Shown: positions 38,889 to 48,703 of the stretch, one piece after another
Position numbering within the stretch: the first letter of the stretch is position 1
How the letters are laid out: each line of letters opens with the position of its first letter
DNA from: Prevotella sp.
GTDB taxonomy: Bacteria; Bacteroidota; Bacteroidia; Bacteroidales; Dysgonomonadaceae
Reading direction: 5' to 3'
Assembly: GCA_031285625.1 (NCBI GenBank)
Contig: JAITVV010000093.1
Location: 96,001-160,000 of the forward strand
DNA length: 64,000 bases
The notes under the pieces: generated by a model
The model's database searches: none
The model's input: the letters and a program-made list of their open reading frames with translations, nothing else
Told to the model about the DNA's origin: nothing
Position numbers and translations under genes: made by a program

Positions 38889-39512
38889 ATGATGAATGAC
38901 CAAAAGTTTAAAGCTCATCCATGGCATGGAATAAATGCCGGAAACAATGCCCCACAAGTAGTTACATGTTTTATAGAAATTGTACCTACTGATACGGTAA
39001 AATACGAAGTGGATAAAGAAACCGGCTATCTAAGCATCGATAGGCCTCAAAAATATTCGAATATAATTCCAGCTCTTTACGGGTTCATCCCTCAAACATA
39101 TAGTGATAAGCTTGTAGCTGAACTTACGAACAGAGAATTAGGAAGAACAGATATAGAGGGGGACAATGACCCCGTTGACATATGTGTACTTACCGAAAAA
39201 GACATTACACATGGTGACATCATCGTTAAAGCACGGCCTATTGGCGGATTTCGTCTTTTAGACCATAATAAAGCTGATGATAAACTCATCGCTGTATTAG
39301 AAAATGATGCCATCTACGGCTCATACAAAGATATTACAGATGTACCATCAATGGTTATTGACAGATTGAAACACTATTTTACAACATACAAGGATTTGCC
39401 GAATGATAAATCTCCCCGTTGTATACTTACAGGTATATACGATGTGAAGATGGCGCATGAGGTAATACGCCGTTCGATACAAGACTACGACAATAATTAT
39501 AGAAATGGCTAA
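38889..39512 (+). CDS. ppa: family I inorganic pyrophosphatase
   Basis: HPWH, KYE, YGFIPQT, DNDPVD, DDK; TAAATTTG -7 element at 38846-38853. Confidence 0.95.
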   Translation: MMNDQKFKAHPWHGINAGNNAPQVVTCFIEIVPTDTVKYEVDKETGYLSIDRPQKYSNIIPALYGFIPQTYSDKLVAELTNRELGRTDIEGDNDPVDICVLTEKDITHGDIIVKARPIGGFRLLDHNKADDKLIAVLENDAIYGSYKDITDVPSMVIDRLKHYFTTYKDLPNDKSPRCILTGIYDVKMAHEVIRRSIQDYDNNYRNG

Positions 39513-40359
39513 AAAGAGGAAGTATCTGTCGGGCATTGCACTTGCAACTATTTTAACTGCTTGTGCCTGCCTATTGTACGGATATACCGAAGCCAGAAAT
39601 ATACAATTAAAAGAACTGACATTTTCGAGTAAAGATATACCGGATGCGTTTATTGGAAAGAAAATTATTTTTATTTCTGATATACATACGGACAAGTATT
39701 TTGCAGGAGAAGATGTTGCCCAGCTTGTTGATAGAATCAACGAACGAAATCCTGATATTATAATACTAGGAGGCGATAATACACGGAAGGATGCTGAATA
39801 TTCAAAACCCTTTTTCGAAGAAATAAGTAAACTGAAAAGTACGTATGGTGTATATTCTGTTTTGGGTAACCATGATTATTGGGAAGATCCAAAACTTATA
39901 CAACAAGGTTTGATCAACTGCGGTTTCAATGTATGTGATAATCAGTCATACTGGATAAAACAAGGTAATGATAGTATAAAAATTGGTGGCGTAGGTGAAT
40001 TCTGGGAAGATACACAAATATTGGAAAATACAACAAAAGATGTGAAACCAGACAATTTTTGTATACTATTGTCCCATAATCCTGATTATATGGAAATGAT
40101 GGATTCAGACAATATTGATCTGATGTTATCGGGACATACACATGCCGGACAAATAACCCTATTTGGTCTATGGGCTCCTGTCATGCCCAGTACAGGACAC
40201 CCCGAATATCTGCAAACAGGTCAAAAATACAGATATGGATGGAAAGAGAAAGGAAATACCAAACTCTATGTCACATCTGGTATTGGTATGGGTGGAGTAC
40301 CCTTTCGCTTTTTTGCCAAACCGGAGATTGTCGAGATCACGTTAGTGAATAATCAGTGA
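39505..40359 (+). CDS. calcineurin-like metallophosphoesterase (YkuE/YaeI type)
   Basis: SDIH, GGD, GNHD, SHNPD, GHTH; N-terminal membrane anchor. Confidence 0.9.
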   Translation: MAKKRKYLSGIALATILTACACLLYGYTEARNIQLKELTFSSKDIPDAFIGKKIIFISDIHTDKYFAGEDVAQLVDRINERNPDIIILGGDNTRKDAEYSKPFFEEISKLKSTYGVYSVLGNHDYWEDPKLIQQGLINCGFNVCDNQSYWIKQGNDSIKIGGVGEFWEDTQILENTTKDVKPDNFCILLSHNPDYMEMMDSDNIDLMLSGHTHAGQITLFGLWAPVMPSTGHPEYLQTGQKYRYGWKEKGNTKLYVTSGIGMGGVPFRFFAKPEIVEITLVNNQ

Positions 40360-40456
40360 ATTTAACTAAAAAGATACTAAAGAATGTTACCTACCAATTA
40401 TTGAAAGTGAACGAATGTTCATTCCTGTTGTTATCTTTGAACAATGCCAATAAAGA

Positions 40457-41602
40457 ATGAACAATCGCATCACATATATCCTGTTATTTCTTGCGCTAGG
40501 AAGCAATATTATTTGCTATAGCCAGACAGACTCCACGAAGACTGGAGAGAAGAAGAACCTGATAAAGAAGGTATACGAATACTTTGAGAAATCAAATGAA
40601 GTGAATAACGATAAACGCTTTGATATCTCATTTATCGGAGGGCCACATTATTCCAGCGATACTAAGTTGGGTTTAGGATTGGTGGCTTCAGGGCTATACA
40701 GAATAGATAGTACCGATTTGAGCATTTCTCCCTCTAATGTTTCTATTTACGGAGACTTTACCACATCCGGATTTTACATGCTGGGCATAGGGGGTAATAC
40801 GATATTTCCTAAAGATAATTACAGATTAGATATGGATATGTTCTTTTCGTCAATGCCTAGCAAGTATTGGGGAATAGGATACGATAACGGGAGGAATGAG
40901 GATAACTATTCTAAATATACCAAAAAGGAGATACAAATAAAAGTCGACTTCCTAAAGAAACTGGCTGACCACACTTACATCGGTATCACAGGTATGGGAC
41001 AGCATGTAAGAGGTGATAAATTCAGGGATATAACTTTTCTTGACGGAGCTCGAAGGAATAATACTGCTATAGGAGGAGGTATTATTATTTCATATGACTC
41101 AAGAGACTTTATTCCAAACCCATATCACGGCCTTTATTTAAAATTAGAACAAAACTTTTATCCTGAATTTTTAGGCAGTTCCAGCAATTTCAACAGAACA
41201 GAAGTTGTTGCCAGATATTATACTCCGGTATGGAAAGGCGGCATACTTGCTTTTGATTTTCAGGGAACTTTTAATAACGGAAATGTACCATGGAGTATGG
41301 TAACGTTACTAGGTAGTTCTTATCAAATGAGAGGTTACTATAAAGGGCAATATAGGGACAAGAAATTGTTGCAAACGCAGGTGGAACTCCGGCAAAAAGT
41401 ATATAGAAGAAGTGGTATTGCACTATGGGCAGGAGCTGGAAATATATTCCCCGATTTTGATGAGTTTAAATGGAAACACACTCTACCTACATTTGGAGTA
41501 GGATATCGTTGGGAATTTAAGAACAGGGTAAATGTACGTCTCGACTATGGTATTGGTAAAGGGCAGACAGCATTCTATTTTAATATAAATGAGGCATTCT
41601 GA
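40457..41602 (+). CDS. Omp85/BamA-TamA-like beta-barrel without POTRA domains
   Basis: YDSRD, MRGY motif, RLDYG, terminal INEAF; signal peptide. Confidence 0.85.
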   Translation: MNNRITYILLFLALGSNIICYSQTDSTKTGEKKNLIKKVYEYFEKSNEVNNDKRFDISFIGGPHYSSDTKLGLGLVASGLYRIDSTDLSISPSNVSIYGDFTTSGFYMLGIGGNTIFPKDNYRLDMDMFFSSMPSKYWGIGYDNGRNEDNYSKYTKKEIQIKVDFLKKLADHTYIGITGMGQHVRGDKFRDITFLDGARRNNTAIGGGIIISYDSRDFIPNPYHGLYLKLEQNFYPEFLGSSSNFNRTEVVARYYTPVWKGGILAFDFQGTFNNGNVPWSMVTLLGSSYQMRGYYKGQYRDKKLLQTQVELRQKVYRRSGIALWAGAGNIFPDFDEFKWKHTLPTFGVGYRWEFKNRVNVRLDYGIGKGQTAFYFNINEAF

Positions 41603-41603
41603 G

Positions 41604-43319
41604 ATGATGATAGATACACTGAAAAAATATATAAATACTTTCCTGGATTCCCCGTCAAAGCTAATCTGGTTCTATATTATATTAAATATGATCCCCAGTA
41701 TTTTTTTAATATTCACAGAGCCAATAAATATATATGGAAAAATCATTCTTATTACTTTTCCATTAGGATTGTATATTATACTCTTCTCTTTGATGAGGAA
41801 TACGGGACTCATACAACTTATATTATTTCCTCTTCTTATAATACATGCTTTCCAGCTGGTAGTATTCTATCTCTTTGGTGAAGATGTCATTGCTGTCGAC
41901 ATGTTTCTCAATGTGGTGACAACAAATCCGTCGGAAGCAGGCGAGTTGCTTAATAGTCTGTGGCCATCCATCATATTTGTTTGTATATTATATATACCAA
42001 CCACTGTTATTGCTATTTACCAGATGAAGTATAAAACCTATCTTGAAAATACTTTAAGGAAGAAGCTTGTTGTAATGGGAGGAATATTAATAATTGCTTC
42101 TTACATATTATCATTATTATCTAAAGATAATAATACAGACAGATATACCTTCCATGAAAATGTGTATCCCGTAAATGTTTTTTACAATCTGAATTTTGCA
42201 ATTAACAAATGGCATAAAAGCAGGCTTTACCCAGTAACATCAAAGGACTTTACTTTCGAGGCCAGAAAGGATACTATCGCTAAGCAGAGAGAAATATACA
42301 CATTGGTTATAGGGGAAACCAGCCGGGCCGAAAATTGGAGCCTGTATGGGTATGAACGGGAAACAACTCCTCTACTGAAGCAAAAAGAAGGGTTGGTATT
42401 CTTTAATGATGCCATAACCCAGTCTAATACTACACATAAGAGCGTGTCAATAATGATGTCAGCAGCATCAGCAGAGAATTACAATATAATATATGAACAA
42501 AAGAGTATTATTGAAGCATTTAAAGAGGTAGGCTTCACTACTATATTTTTATCAAATCAAGGTGCGAACAACACTTTTACTCAATACTTTGCAGAAGATG
42601 CTGATTATTATCGGAATATCCGTTCACCTAAAGATGATGGAAAAATTATAGATAATTATGATGATGCCCTGCTCCCACTTCTTGATCACTGCATAGATTC
42701 CATATCGGGGAATCTATTTATTATATTACATACATATGGCTCTCACTTCAACTATGAAGAACGTTACCCAAAAGGTTTCTCGAAATTTAAGCCTGATAAT
42801 GTAAAAGAAATAACAAGGAAGGAGAAAGAGAAGCTTGTAAATGCATATGACAATACAATCTTATATACTGATGATTTTCTTTCCCGTATTACAGACATCC
42901 TAAATAATTCTGGTTCATGTTCTTCTATGCTTTTTGCATCAGATCACGGAGAAGATATACTGGATGATGATAGAATGAGATTTTTACATGCATCACCAAA
43001 TCCTACTTTCTATCAGTTAAGGATTCCTATGCTTGTCTGGTTCTCTTCAAATTATCAAATGAATTTCCAACAAAAATATGAAGCTGCTAAAGCCAATAAA
43101 TTGAAACCGGTTTCTACGAATGCTATATTCCACACATTATTGGATATTGCTTCAGTTAAAACAAATTATTTACAATCGGACTTATCTTTAGTAAACCCTT
43201 CTTTTAAAATAGCGAAAAGGATGTACTTGGGAGATCATGATAATCCCGTGTTCTTTTATAATGCTAACTTGAAGGAAGAAGATAAGATTATGATTGAGAA
43301 ACGAAAGATATACCACTAA
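41604..43319 (+). CDS. phosphoethanolamine transferase (EptA-like)
   Basis: N-terminal TM domain; VIGET, YGYER.T.P, catalytic Thr region SNTTHKS, HTYGSH, YDNTI, SDHGE. Start may be 41589-41607. Confidence 0.88.
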   Translation: MMIDTLKKYINTFLDSPSKLIWFYIILNMIPSIFLIFTEPINIYGKIILITFPLGLYIILFSLMRNTGLIQLILFPLLIIHAFQLVVFYLFGEDVIAVDMFLNVVTTNPSEAGELLNSLWPSIIFVCILYIPTTVIAIYQMKYKTYLENTLRKKLVVMGGILIIASYILSLLSKDNNTDRYTFHENVYPVNVFYNLNFAINKWHKSRLYPVTSKDFTFEARKDTIAKQREIYTLVIGETSRAENWSLYGYERETTPLLKQKEGLVFFNDAITQSNTTHKSVSIMMSAASAENYNIIYEQKSIIEAFKEVGFTTIFLSNQGANNTFTQYFAEDADYYRNIRSPKDDGKIIDNYDDALLPLLDHCIDSISGNLFIILHTYGSHFNYEERYPKGFSKFKPDNVKEITRKEKEKLVNAYDNTILYTDDFLSRITDILNNSGSCSSMLFASDHGEDILDDDRMRFLHASPNPTFYQLRIPMLVWFSSNYQMNFQQKYEAAKANKLKPVSTNAIFHTLLDIASVKTNYLQSDLSLVNPSFKIAKRMYLGDHDNPVFFYNANLKEEDKIMIEKRKIYH

Positions 43320-43330
43320 ATATAAATATT

Positions 43331-44296
43331 ATGATAAAGTTTGAGAAAAAACAGATATTATTGATGTTTATGTTTCTATCATCATTGTACTCATATTCGC
43401 AAAAAGAAACAGTAGCTCCTATCCAGTTCGGAGATATGAACCAATGGATGGTTCGCAAAATATCAGAATCGAGAGTGATCGGAGGTAACACGAAATATCT
43501 ATATGAAATAGCATCCGGAGATACACTGATTGACAAACCGTACAAGAATACAAAATCCCCATGGGCCGTATCTTCTGTGCTGGCAAAAGTTAAAGGAGTA
43601 ACAAAAACCAGTGTTACGGTTTTTCCTGAAAAGAGGGACAACGGCTATTGTGCTCGTTTAGAAACACGTATAGAAGAGTGTAAAGTATTAGGTCTTTTTA
43701 GTATTAAGGTATTAGCAAGTGGTACCATCTTTCTTGGTGAAATGGTTGAGCCTATCACAGGGACAAGCGACCCTCAGAGCAAACTGGTTACGGGTATTCC
43801 ATTTACTCAACGACCCAATGCATTGGAATATGACTATAAGGTCGTAACCGGAGGACTATGCATAAAGGCTACAGGATTCAGTAAGCAATCGCAACTACAG
43901 GAAAAAGATATGGCTGAAACTCAATTGTTATTACAACATAGATGGGAAGATGCCGACGGGAATGTATTTGCAACACGGGTTGCCACAGCATGGGAACGTT
44001 TTGATAAAACAGTCGAAGCCTGGCAAAACAAACATCGTTTATCAATACATTACGGTGATATATCTAAGCAGGCTTACTACCGTTCGTATATGGACCTCAA
44101 AAGCGGGGACAATGCGTATTATACCCGAAATAGTAAAGGTAAAATGGTACCAATACAAGAAATAGGCTGGGCTAATGAAAACGAAGATATTACACACATA
44201 GTCCTACAATTTTCATCCAGTAATGGGGGCGCTTACATAGGAAATACCGACAGCCGCCTTTGGGTAGATAATGTGAAATTGGTATATAACCATTGA
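43331..44296 (+). CDS. PCMD (putative carbohydrate metabolism domain) protein, secreted
   Basis: Signal peptide; GIPFTQRP, THIVLQFSSS, SRLWVDNVKLVY. Confidence 0.75.
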   Translation: MIKFEKKQILLMFMFLSSLYSYSQKETVAPIQFGDMNQWMVRKISESRVIGGNTKYLYEIASGDTLIDKPYKNTKSPWAVSSVLAKVKGVTKTSVTVFPEKRDNGYCARLETRIEECKVLGLFSIKVLASGTIFLGEMVEPITGTSDPQSKLVTGIPFTQRPNALEYDYKVVTGGLCIKATGFSKQSQLQEKDMAETQLLLQHRWEDADGNVFATRVATAWERFDKTVEAWQNKHRLSIHYGDISKQAYYRSYMDLKSGDNAYYTRNSKGKMVPIQEIGWANENEDITHIVLQFSSSNGGAYIGNTDSRLWVDNVKLVYNH

Positions 44297-44302
44297 CAGA
44301 TA

Positions 44303-45019
44303 TTACTTTTTACCTTTGAAATTTTCTACCACTTTCAATAGTTTATTGAGCGAAGGTATATCATAGCGCAATTGCTGACGGATATTATTGAAATCAAGTT
44401 TGTTAACTACCCGTATAGTTGTGTTATATTTCTTTGTATATGATTTGCCAACAAGCCTGTATATATTATCTAAATCCTTTGCCGGGTGAGTCCTCGACTC
44501 AGAATCTGTTATGTAAGGATCAAAGCCTAGTCTTTCTTTTATGAATCGCCCGGTAAGCCGTTTATCTATTTTCTTGAAGTGATTGGTCTCTGCCATAAAC
44601 CAGGCCTCTATTTCGTGAACAGCTATCACGATATCAAAATAAGGGGCATCATTTTTCAGGTGATGAGGCAAATAACGCAATCCTTTTTCCAGCCTTTCCA
44701 GGTCATCTATCGGGATTGGATACAGATCTCGTAAACCTACAATCATTTCATATCCCTTACTTCTCAGGCTGGATATATTCTCCAGAATCTCAGATTTCAC
44801 CCTATTATCTGAGCCACAATCGAATATTAAAATCTCATACAGAGGATTGCGCGAAAAAGAAGAGTTACGAACAATCTCCTGCTTCGGAATATTTGTCCCT
44901 CCCCTAAACTGTTTTTGGATTATATTTACCTGTGACGAACCGAGGATTTCTTTTATCAAGCGATTTACAAAAATCTGCTCAGTCTGTCCTTCAACAAAAA
45001 AAGCTATCCTTTTCATCAA
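44303..45019 (-). CDS. TOPRIM-like (DUF4276-type) protein
   Basis: N-terminal FFVEGQTE, central GLRD, and EIEAWF motif; 4-nt overlap with the ATPase. Confidence 0.72.
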   Translation of the reverse strand: MMKRIAFFVEGQTEQIFVNRLIKEILGSSQVNIIQKQFRGGTNIPKQEIVRNSSFSRNPLYEILIFDCGSDNRVKSEILENISSLRSKGYEMIVGLRDLYPIPIDDLERLEKGLRYLPHHLKNDAPYFDIVIAVHEIEAWFMAETNHFKKIDKRLTGRFIKERLGFDPYITDSESRTHPAKDLDNIYRLVGKSYTKKYNTTIRVVNKLDFNNIRQQLRYDIPSLNKLLKVVENFKGKK

Positions 45020-46149
45020 TAGTTATCTTCATCCATTATGCCAAACCCTTTACGGTAAAAGTCTGTGGTCAGGAAATCAAAGTTGTTAAGTCCCGTATAT
45101 TTAAAGTCTTCGAATGTGTCTTTCGAGTTAGAATAATCATAGAATATCGATTTATTATATTTACGGTCAATAACAGACCAGTAACGAAGAGGTATCTGAT
45201 TCATGATATGCCTGTCATTGGTAGTCATAAAGAATTGCATATTCGAATTGCTTACTTTTTTGATAACGATATCCATCATTTTCTTCGAACTATCAAAATC
45301 AAGCCCTTCTCCCATATCATCAATAAGTAAACAGAACGACATATTACTCAATCGGGCGTAACCTAGCATAATAAAAAGAGATAAGGCTCTGAACATCCCC
45401 TGTGACATCTCACGTTGCGACACTGTATATTCGCCCTCTTCCTCAATGAAAAGGCCATACCAGCCGTCAGTCTCCTGAATATCGATATCTGAAACATAGT
45501 AGCCTAAGTCTTGCATTCCGGAAATTATGTCTGATATAAATTCTTCACCAAATTCTTCTCTACCCTTATGGAAGGTATAAATGAGAACATCCGGATCATC
45601 AATATCCTGATCGTCTCCGTCAATCTGAGTATAATCTTTAACCAATCGATTCTTTTCCAACTGATTAGCAAAAAGATAATTCTTTAATGATTGCCCCCAT
45701 AAGATAAAACTGTCAAAATATGGTTTTCCTTCTGCATTATCCGAAGTGATCACAAGTTCATAATCTTTGGTTTCAAATGATACATTATTATCAGAACTTA
45801 TAAGTATCTTCTTATTCCGATCCAATAAAACCTTACCATTAATAGTTAGTATTTCATCAGTTACAACTCTGTCTTTAAATGACAGAATATACTTATATGA
45901 AGACTCTCCTTCCGTGAACAATAATTCAAAGAACTCACTTGGACTAAACGCCTGTTTCAGATTTATCCTCCCAGATAACAGGTTTGCTATTTCGCGAATA
46001 ACATTCAACGTCCGACTCTTTCCCGATGCATTTTTCCCTATCAATAAATTGATATTATCAAAATAAGCAAAATCATCATCTTTTCCGACAATACTCCATT
46101 CGCGGGGCTCACCTGCATAACGTGTATATTTTAAAGCTCTAATTATCAT
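45016..46149 (-). CDS. soluble ABC-type (AAA_15/AAA_21-like) ATPase
   Basis: Walker A GKNASGKS, signature MSQG, Walker B LLIDD, GEGLD, TTND; no TM; TATATTTG -7 element at 46201-46208 on the minus strand. Confidence 0.85.
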   Translation of the reverse strand: MIIRALKYTRYAGEPREWSIVGKDDDFAYFDNINLLIGKNASGKSRTLNVIREIANLLSGRINLKQAFSPSEFFELLFTEGESSYKYILSFKDRVVTDEILTINGKVLLDRNKKILISSDNNVSFETKDYELVITSDNAEGKPYFDSFILWGQSLKNYLFANQLEKNRLVKDYTQIDGDDQDIDDPDVLIYTFHKGREEFGEEFISDIISGMQDLGYYVSDIDIQETDGWYGLFIEEEGEYTVSQREMSQGMFRALSLFIMLGYARLSNMSFCLLIDDMGEGLDFDSSKKMMDIVIKKVSNSNMQFFMTTNDRHIMNQIPLRYWSVIDRKYNKSIFYDYSNSKDTFEDFKYTGLNNFDFLTTDFYRKGFGIMDEDNY

Positions 46150-46376
46150 CTATCTAAGTATTATAATAGAGAATACATTAATTCAGATCTGTTTTCTCTT
46201 CAAATATACACTTTTTATCAGAAAGTCGCATGTTCTAATTTACTTAAGTTTGGTCAATCCTTTTAACAACTTTCTTCGTTCGTTCTATCAAAAAAGTAAC
46301 AAAATAGACAAATAATACACTTTCTACAAATCTCAATAATATATTGATAATAAGAAAATTAAAATTTACATATCAC

Positions 46377-46426
46377 AAAAAGGTGACAAAAGTAACAACT
46401 TTTAGCCTGTTTTAGATTGTTACTTT
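46377..46426 (+). repeat. dispersed hairpin element, copy 2
   Basis: AAAAAGGTGACAAAAGTAACAACTTTTAGCCTGTTTTAGATTGTTACTTT. Confidence 0.6.
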
Positions 46427-46492
46427 ATCCACTATCTCATTGTGTAAAAGATCGTACAATAAGATAAACTTTATACATAAAGTTATAGATAG

Positions 46493-46573
46493 TTGTCATG
46501 CTGACGAAGGAAGCATCTCGACTCGTTTATCAAGAAAAAAAGCGAAGAGATCCGTCGTTCCTCAGGATGACAA
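46493..46573. repeat. REP/MITE-like palindromic element (GTCA...TGAC ends)
   Basis: TTGTCATGCTGACGAAGGAAGCATCT...AGATCCGTCGTTCCTCAGGATGACAA; GC-rich imperfect inverted repeats in an AT-rich spacer. Confidence 0.75.
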
Positions 46574-46642
46574 AATAAAATAATATGAATTCCAGAATCC
46601 TTTCCAACTTGAATATAGAGAAGAATTTATTTTCGTACAAAG

Positions 46643-46658
46643 TGTCCGATATCGGACA
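46643..46658. promoter_or_regulatory. upstream activator sequence for NtrC-type regulator
   Basis: Perfect 16-bp palindrome TGTCCGATATCGGACA (TGT-N10-ACA); related TGTAAAAGATCGTACA at 46443-46458. Confidence 0.7.
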
Positions 46659-46703
46659 TTAGATAAGATACATAAATAATTCATAATATGACATTTATAT
46701 ATA

Positions 46704-46718
46704 TGGCATACGACTTGG
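46704..46718 (+). promoter_or_regulatory. sigma-54 -24/-12 promoter
   Basis: TGGCATACGACTTGG versus consensus TGGCAC-N5-TTGC with exact spacing; the operon ends in a sigma-54 activator. Confidence 0.75.
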
Positions 46719-46750
46719 TATATATCATGTAAACTATTAAATAATTAAAT

Positions 46751-48001
46751 ATGGATAGGGAAATACCTTTGAGTATACAACAAAAACAAAAACAAAAACG
46801 AAAACAAATAATTAAATACGGATCTATTCTGCTTGTAATAGTAATAGCTATTGTATTTATTCTTAATTTTCTACAAAGTTCCATATCTCAAAAAAATATA
46901 CTATTGGGAACAGCTGACAGAGGTACAATTGAGATAACTGTAAATGCCTCAGGCAAGATTATTCCTCTAACTGAAGAAATTATTGTTTCTCCTATCAATA
47001 GCCGTATTCTGGAGGTTTACAAAGAAGCCGGAGACTCAGTCGGTGCCGAGGAACCTATACTAAAACTGGAACTAGCCTCAATAGAAACTGACTATAAACA
47101 AAAACTGGACGAAAAAGAAATGATGAGAAGCAAACTCATTCAATCTCAAGTCGGCCTGGATAATTCACTTTCTGACCTACAGATGCAACTAGAGGTAAAA
47201 GATATGAAAATGAGGCAACTACAAACAGAACTGAAAAATGAGAAATATCTGGATAGTATAGGTGCGAGTACTTCCGATAAAGTTCGGCAAGTTGCCCTAA
47301 ATTTTGAAGTAGCAAAACTCGAATTACAACAGTTGAGACAGCAGATAAATAATGAAAAGAAAAATGCGGCAGCAGAAGTTAAAGTAAAAGAACTGGAACT
47401 GAGCATTTTCGAAAAATCACTGGCAGAGAGCGCACGTCTATTAAAAGATGCCCGGATTTTATCTCCACAAAAAGCAACCCTTACTTATGTAAATAATCAG
47501 ATAGGATCTCAGGTATCGGCAGGTACGCAGATTGCCATTGTATCAGATTTAAGCCACTACAAAGTATTGGCAGAAATAGCCGATAGTTATGCCGAAAAAT
47601 TAAGCTCTGGTGCAAAGGCTATTATCAAAATCGGACAGATGCAATTGGATGGCACTGTTGTCAATATCACCCCTTCTGTAAAAAATGGAGTTATAAACTT
47701 TACCGTAATGCTCAAAGATGCAGGTAATTCAAGACTCAGAAGTGGACTGAAAACGGATGTATATGTAACTCATGGTATACAGGATGATGTTGTACGCATA
47801 CCTAACTCCTCCTACTACATTGGCCCCGGAGAATACGAATTATGGGTAGTCAAAGATGGTAATGCCGAAAAACGAAAAATAAAATTAGGCGAAAGCAGCT
47901 TCGAATATGTAGAAGTTACAAGTGGACTTAATGTCGGCGAACAAGTGATTATATCTGATATGAATCAATATAAAAATAAACAAACTCTAAAAATAAATTA
48001 G
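46751..48001 (+). CDS. efflux periplasmic adaptor (MFP) with long coiled coil
   Basis: MDREI N-terminus, TM, IVSPINSRI and ILSPQKATL lipoyl halves. Confidence 0.9.
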   Translation: MDREIPLSIQQKQKQKRKQIIKYGSILLVIVIAIVFILNFLQSSISQKNILLGTADRGTIEITVNASGKIIPLTEEIIVSPINSRILEVYKEAGDSVGAEEPILKLELASIETDYKQKLDEKEMMRSKLIQSQVGLDNSLSDLQMQLEVKDMKMRQLQTELKNEKYLDSIGASTSDKVRQVALNFEVAKLELQQLRQQINNEKKNAAAEVKVKELELSIFEKSLAESARLLKDARILSPQKATLTYVNNQIGSQVSAGTQIAIVSDLSHYKVLAEIADSYAEKLSSGAKAIIKIGQMQLDGTVVNITPSVKNGVINFTVMLKDAGNSRLRSGLKTDVYVTHGIQDDVVRIPNSSYYIGPGEYELWVVKDGNAEKRKIKLGESSFEYVEVTSGLNVGEQVIISDMNQYKNKQTLKIN

Positions 48002-48033
48002 TAGTAATAAATCATTAACAAATATTTAGCACT

Positions 48034-48702
48034 ATGTCAATCATCAATTTACAAGGTATTACAAAGATATACCGAACAAAGGAAGTTGAAACTGTAGCAT
48101 TGGAAAATGTAAATCTGGAGGTAGAAAAAGGCGACTTTCTTTCAGTAATGGGGCCTTCGGGTTGTGGAAAGAGTACGATGCTTAACATCATGGGATTGCT
48201 CGACGTAGCCAATGAAGGAAAAATTCTCATCAATGGTACAGAAACCAATAATATGAAAGATAAGGAAATGGCGGAGTTCCGAAATAAAACTCTAGGATTT
48301 GTTTTTCAAAGTTTCCACTTGATAAATTCATTAAATGTACTTGACAATGTGGAGCTCCCCCTTCTTTATCGTAAATCGGGCGAAACCAGCCGCCGCGAAT
48401 TAGCAAAGCAAGTATTGGAAAAAGTGGGTCTTTCTCATCGTATGAAGCATTTCCCATCACAGCTTTCCGGAGGGCAATGTCAGCGTGTTGCTATCGCCCG
48501 TGCCATCATAGGTAATCCTCAGATTATATTAGCCGATGAGCCTACCGGTAATCTGGATAGTAAAATGGGTACGGAAATTATGGACTTATTATTCGAATTG
48601 AACAATGAAGGTACAACAATTGTGATGGTTACCCATGATGAACATATAGCCAAGAGTACAAAACGCATCATCCGTTTCTTTGACGGAAGACGTGTAGAGT
48701 AA
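48034..48702 (+). CDS. ABC transporter ATP-binding protein (MacB/LolD type)
   Basis: GPSGCGKS, LSGGQ, ILADEPTGNLD, VTH. Confidence 0.95.
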   Translation: MSIINLQGITKIYRTKEVETVALENVNLEVEKGDFLSVMGPSGCGKSTMLNIMGLLDVANEGKILINGTETNNMKDKEMAEFRNKTLGFVFQSFHLINSLNVLDNVELPLLYRKSGETSRRELAKQVLEKVGLSHRMKHFPSQLSGGQCQRVAIARAIIGNPQIILADEPTGNLDSKMGTEIMDLLFELNNEGTTIVMVTHDEHIAKSTKRIIRFFDGRRVE

Positions 48703-48703
48703 G

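Noticed and set aside
46150-46750. CRISPR array or retron ncRNA next to the ATPase-TOPRIM pair
   Set aside because: No regularly spaced repeats, and no cas or reverse transcriptase gene in the window.
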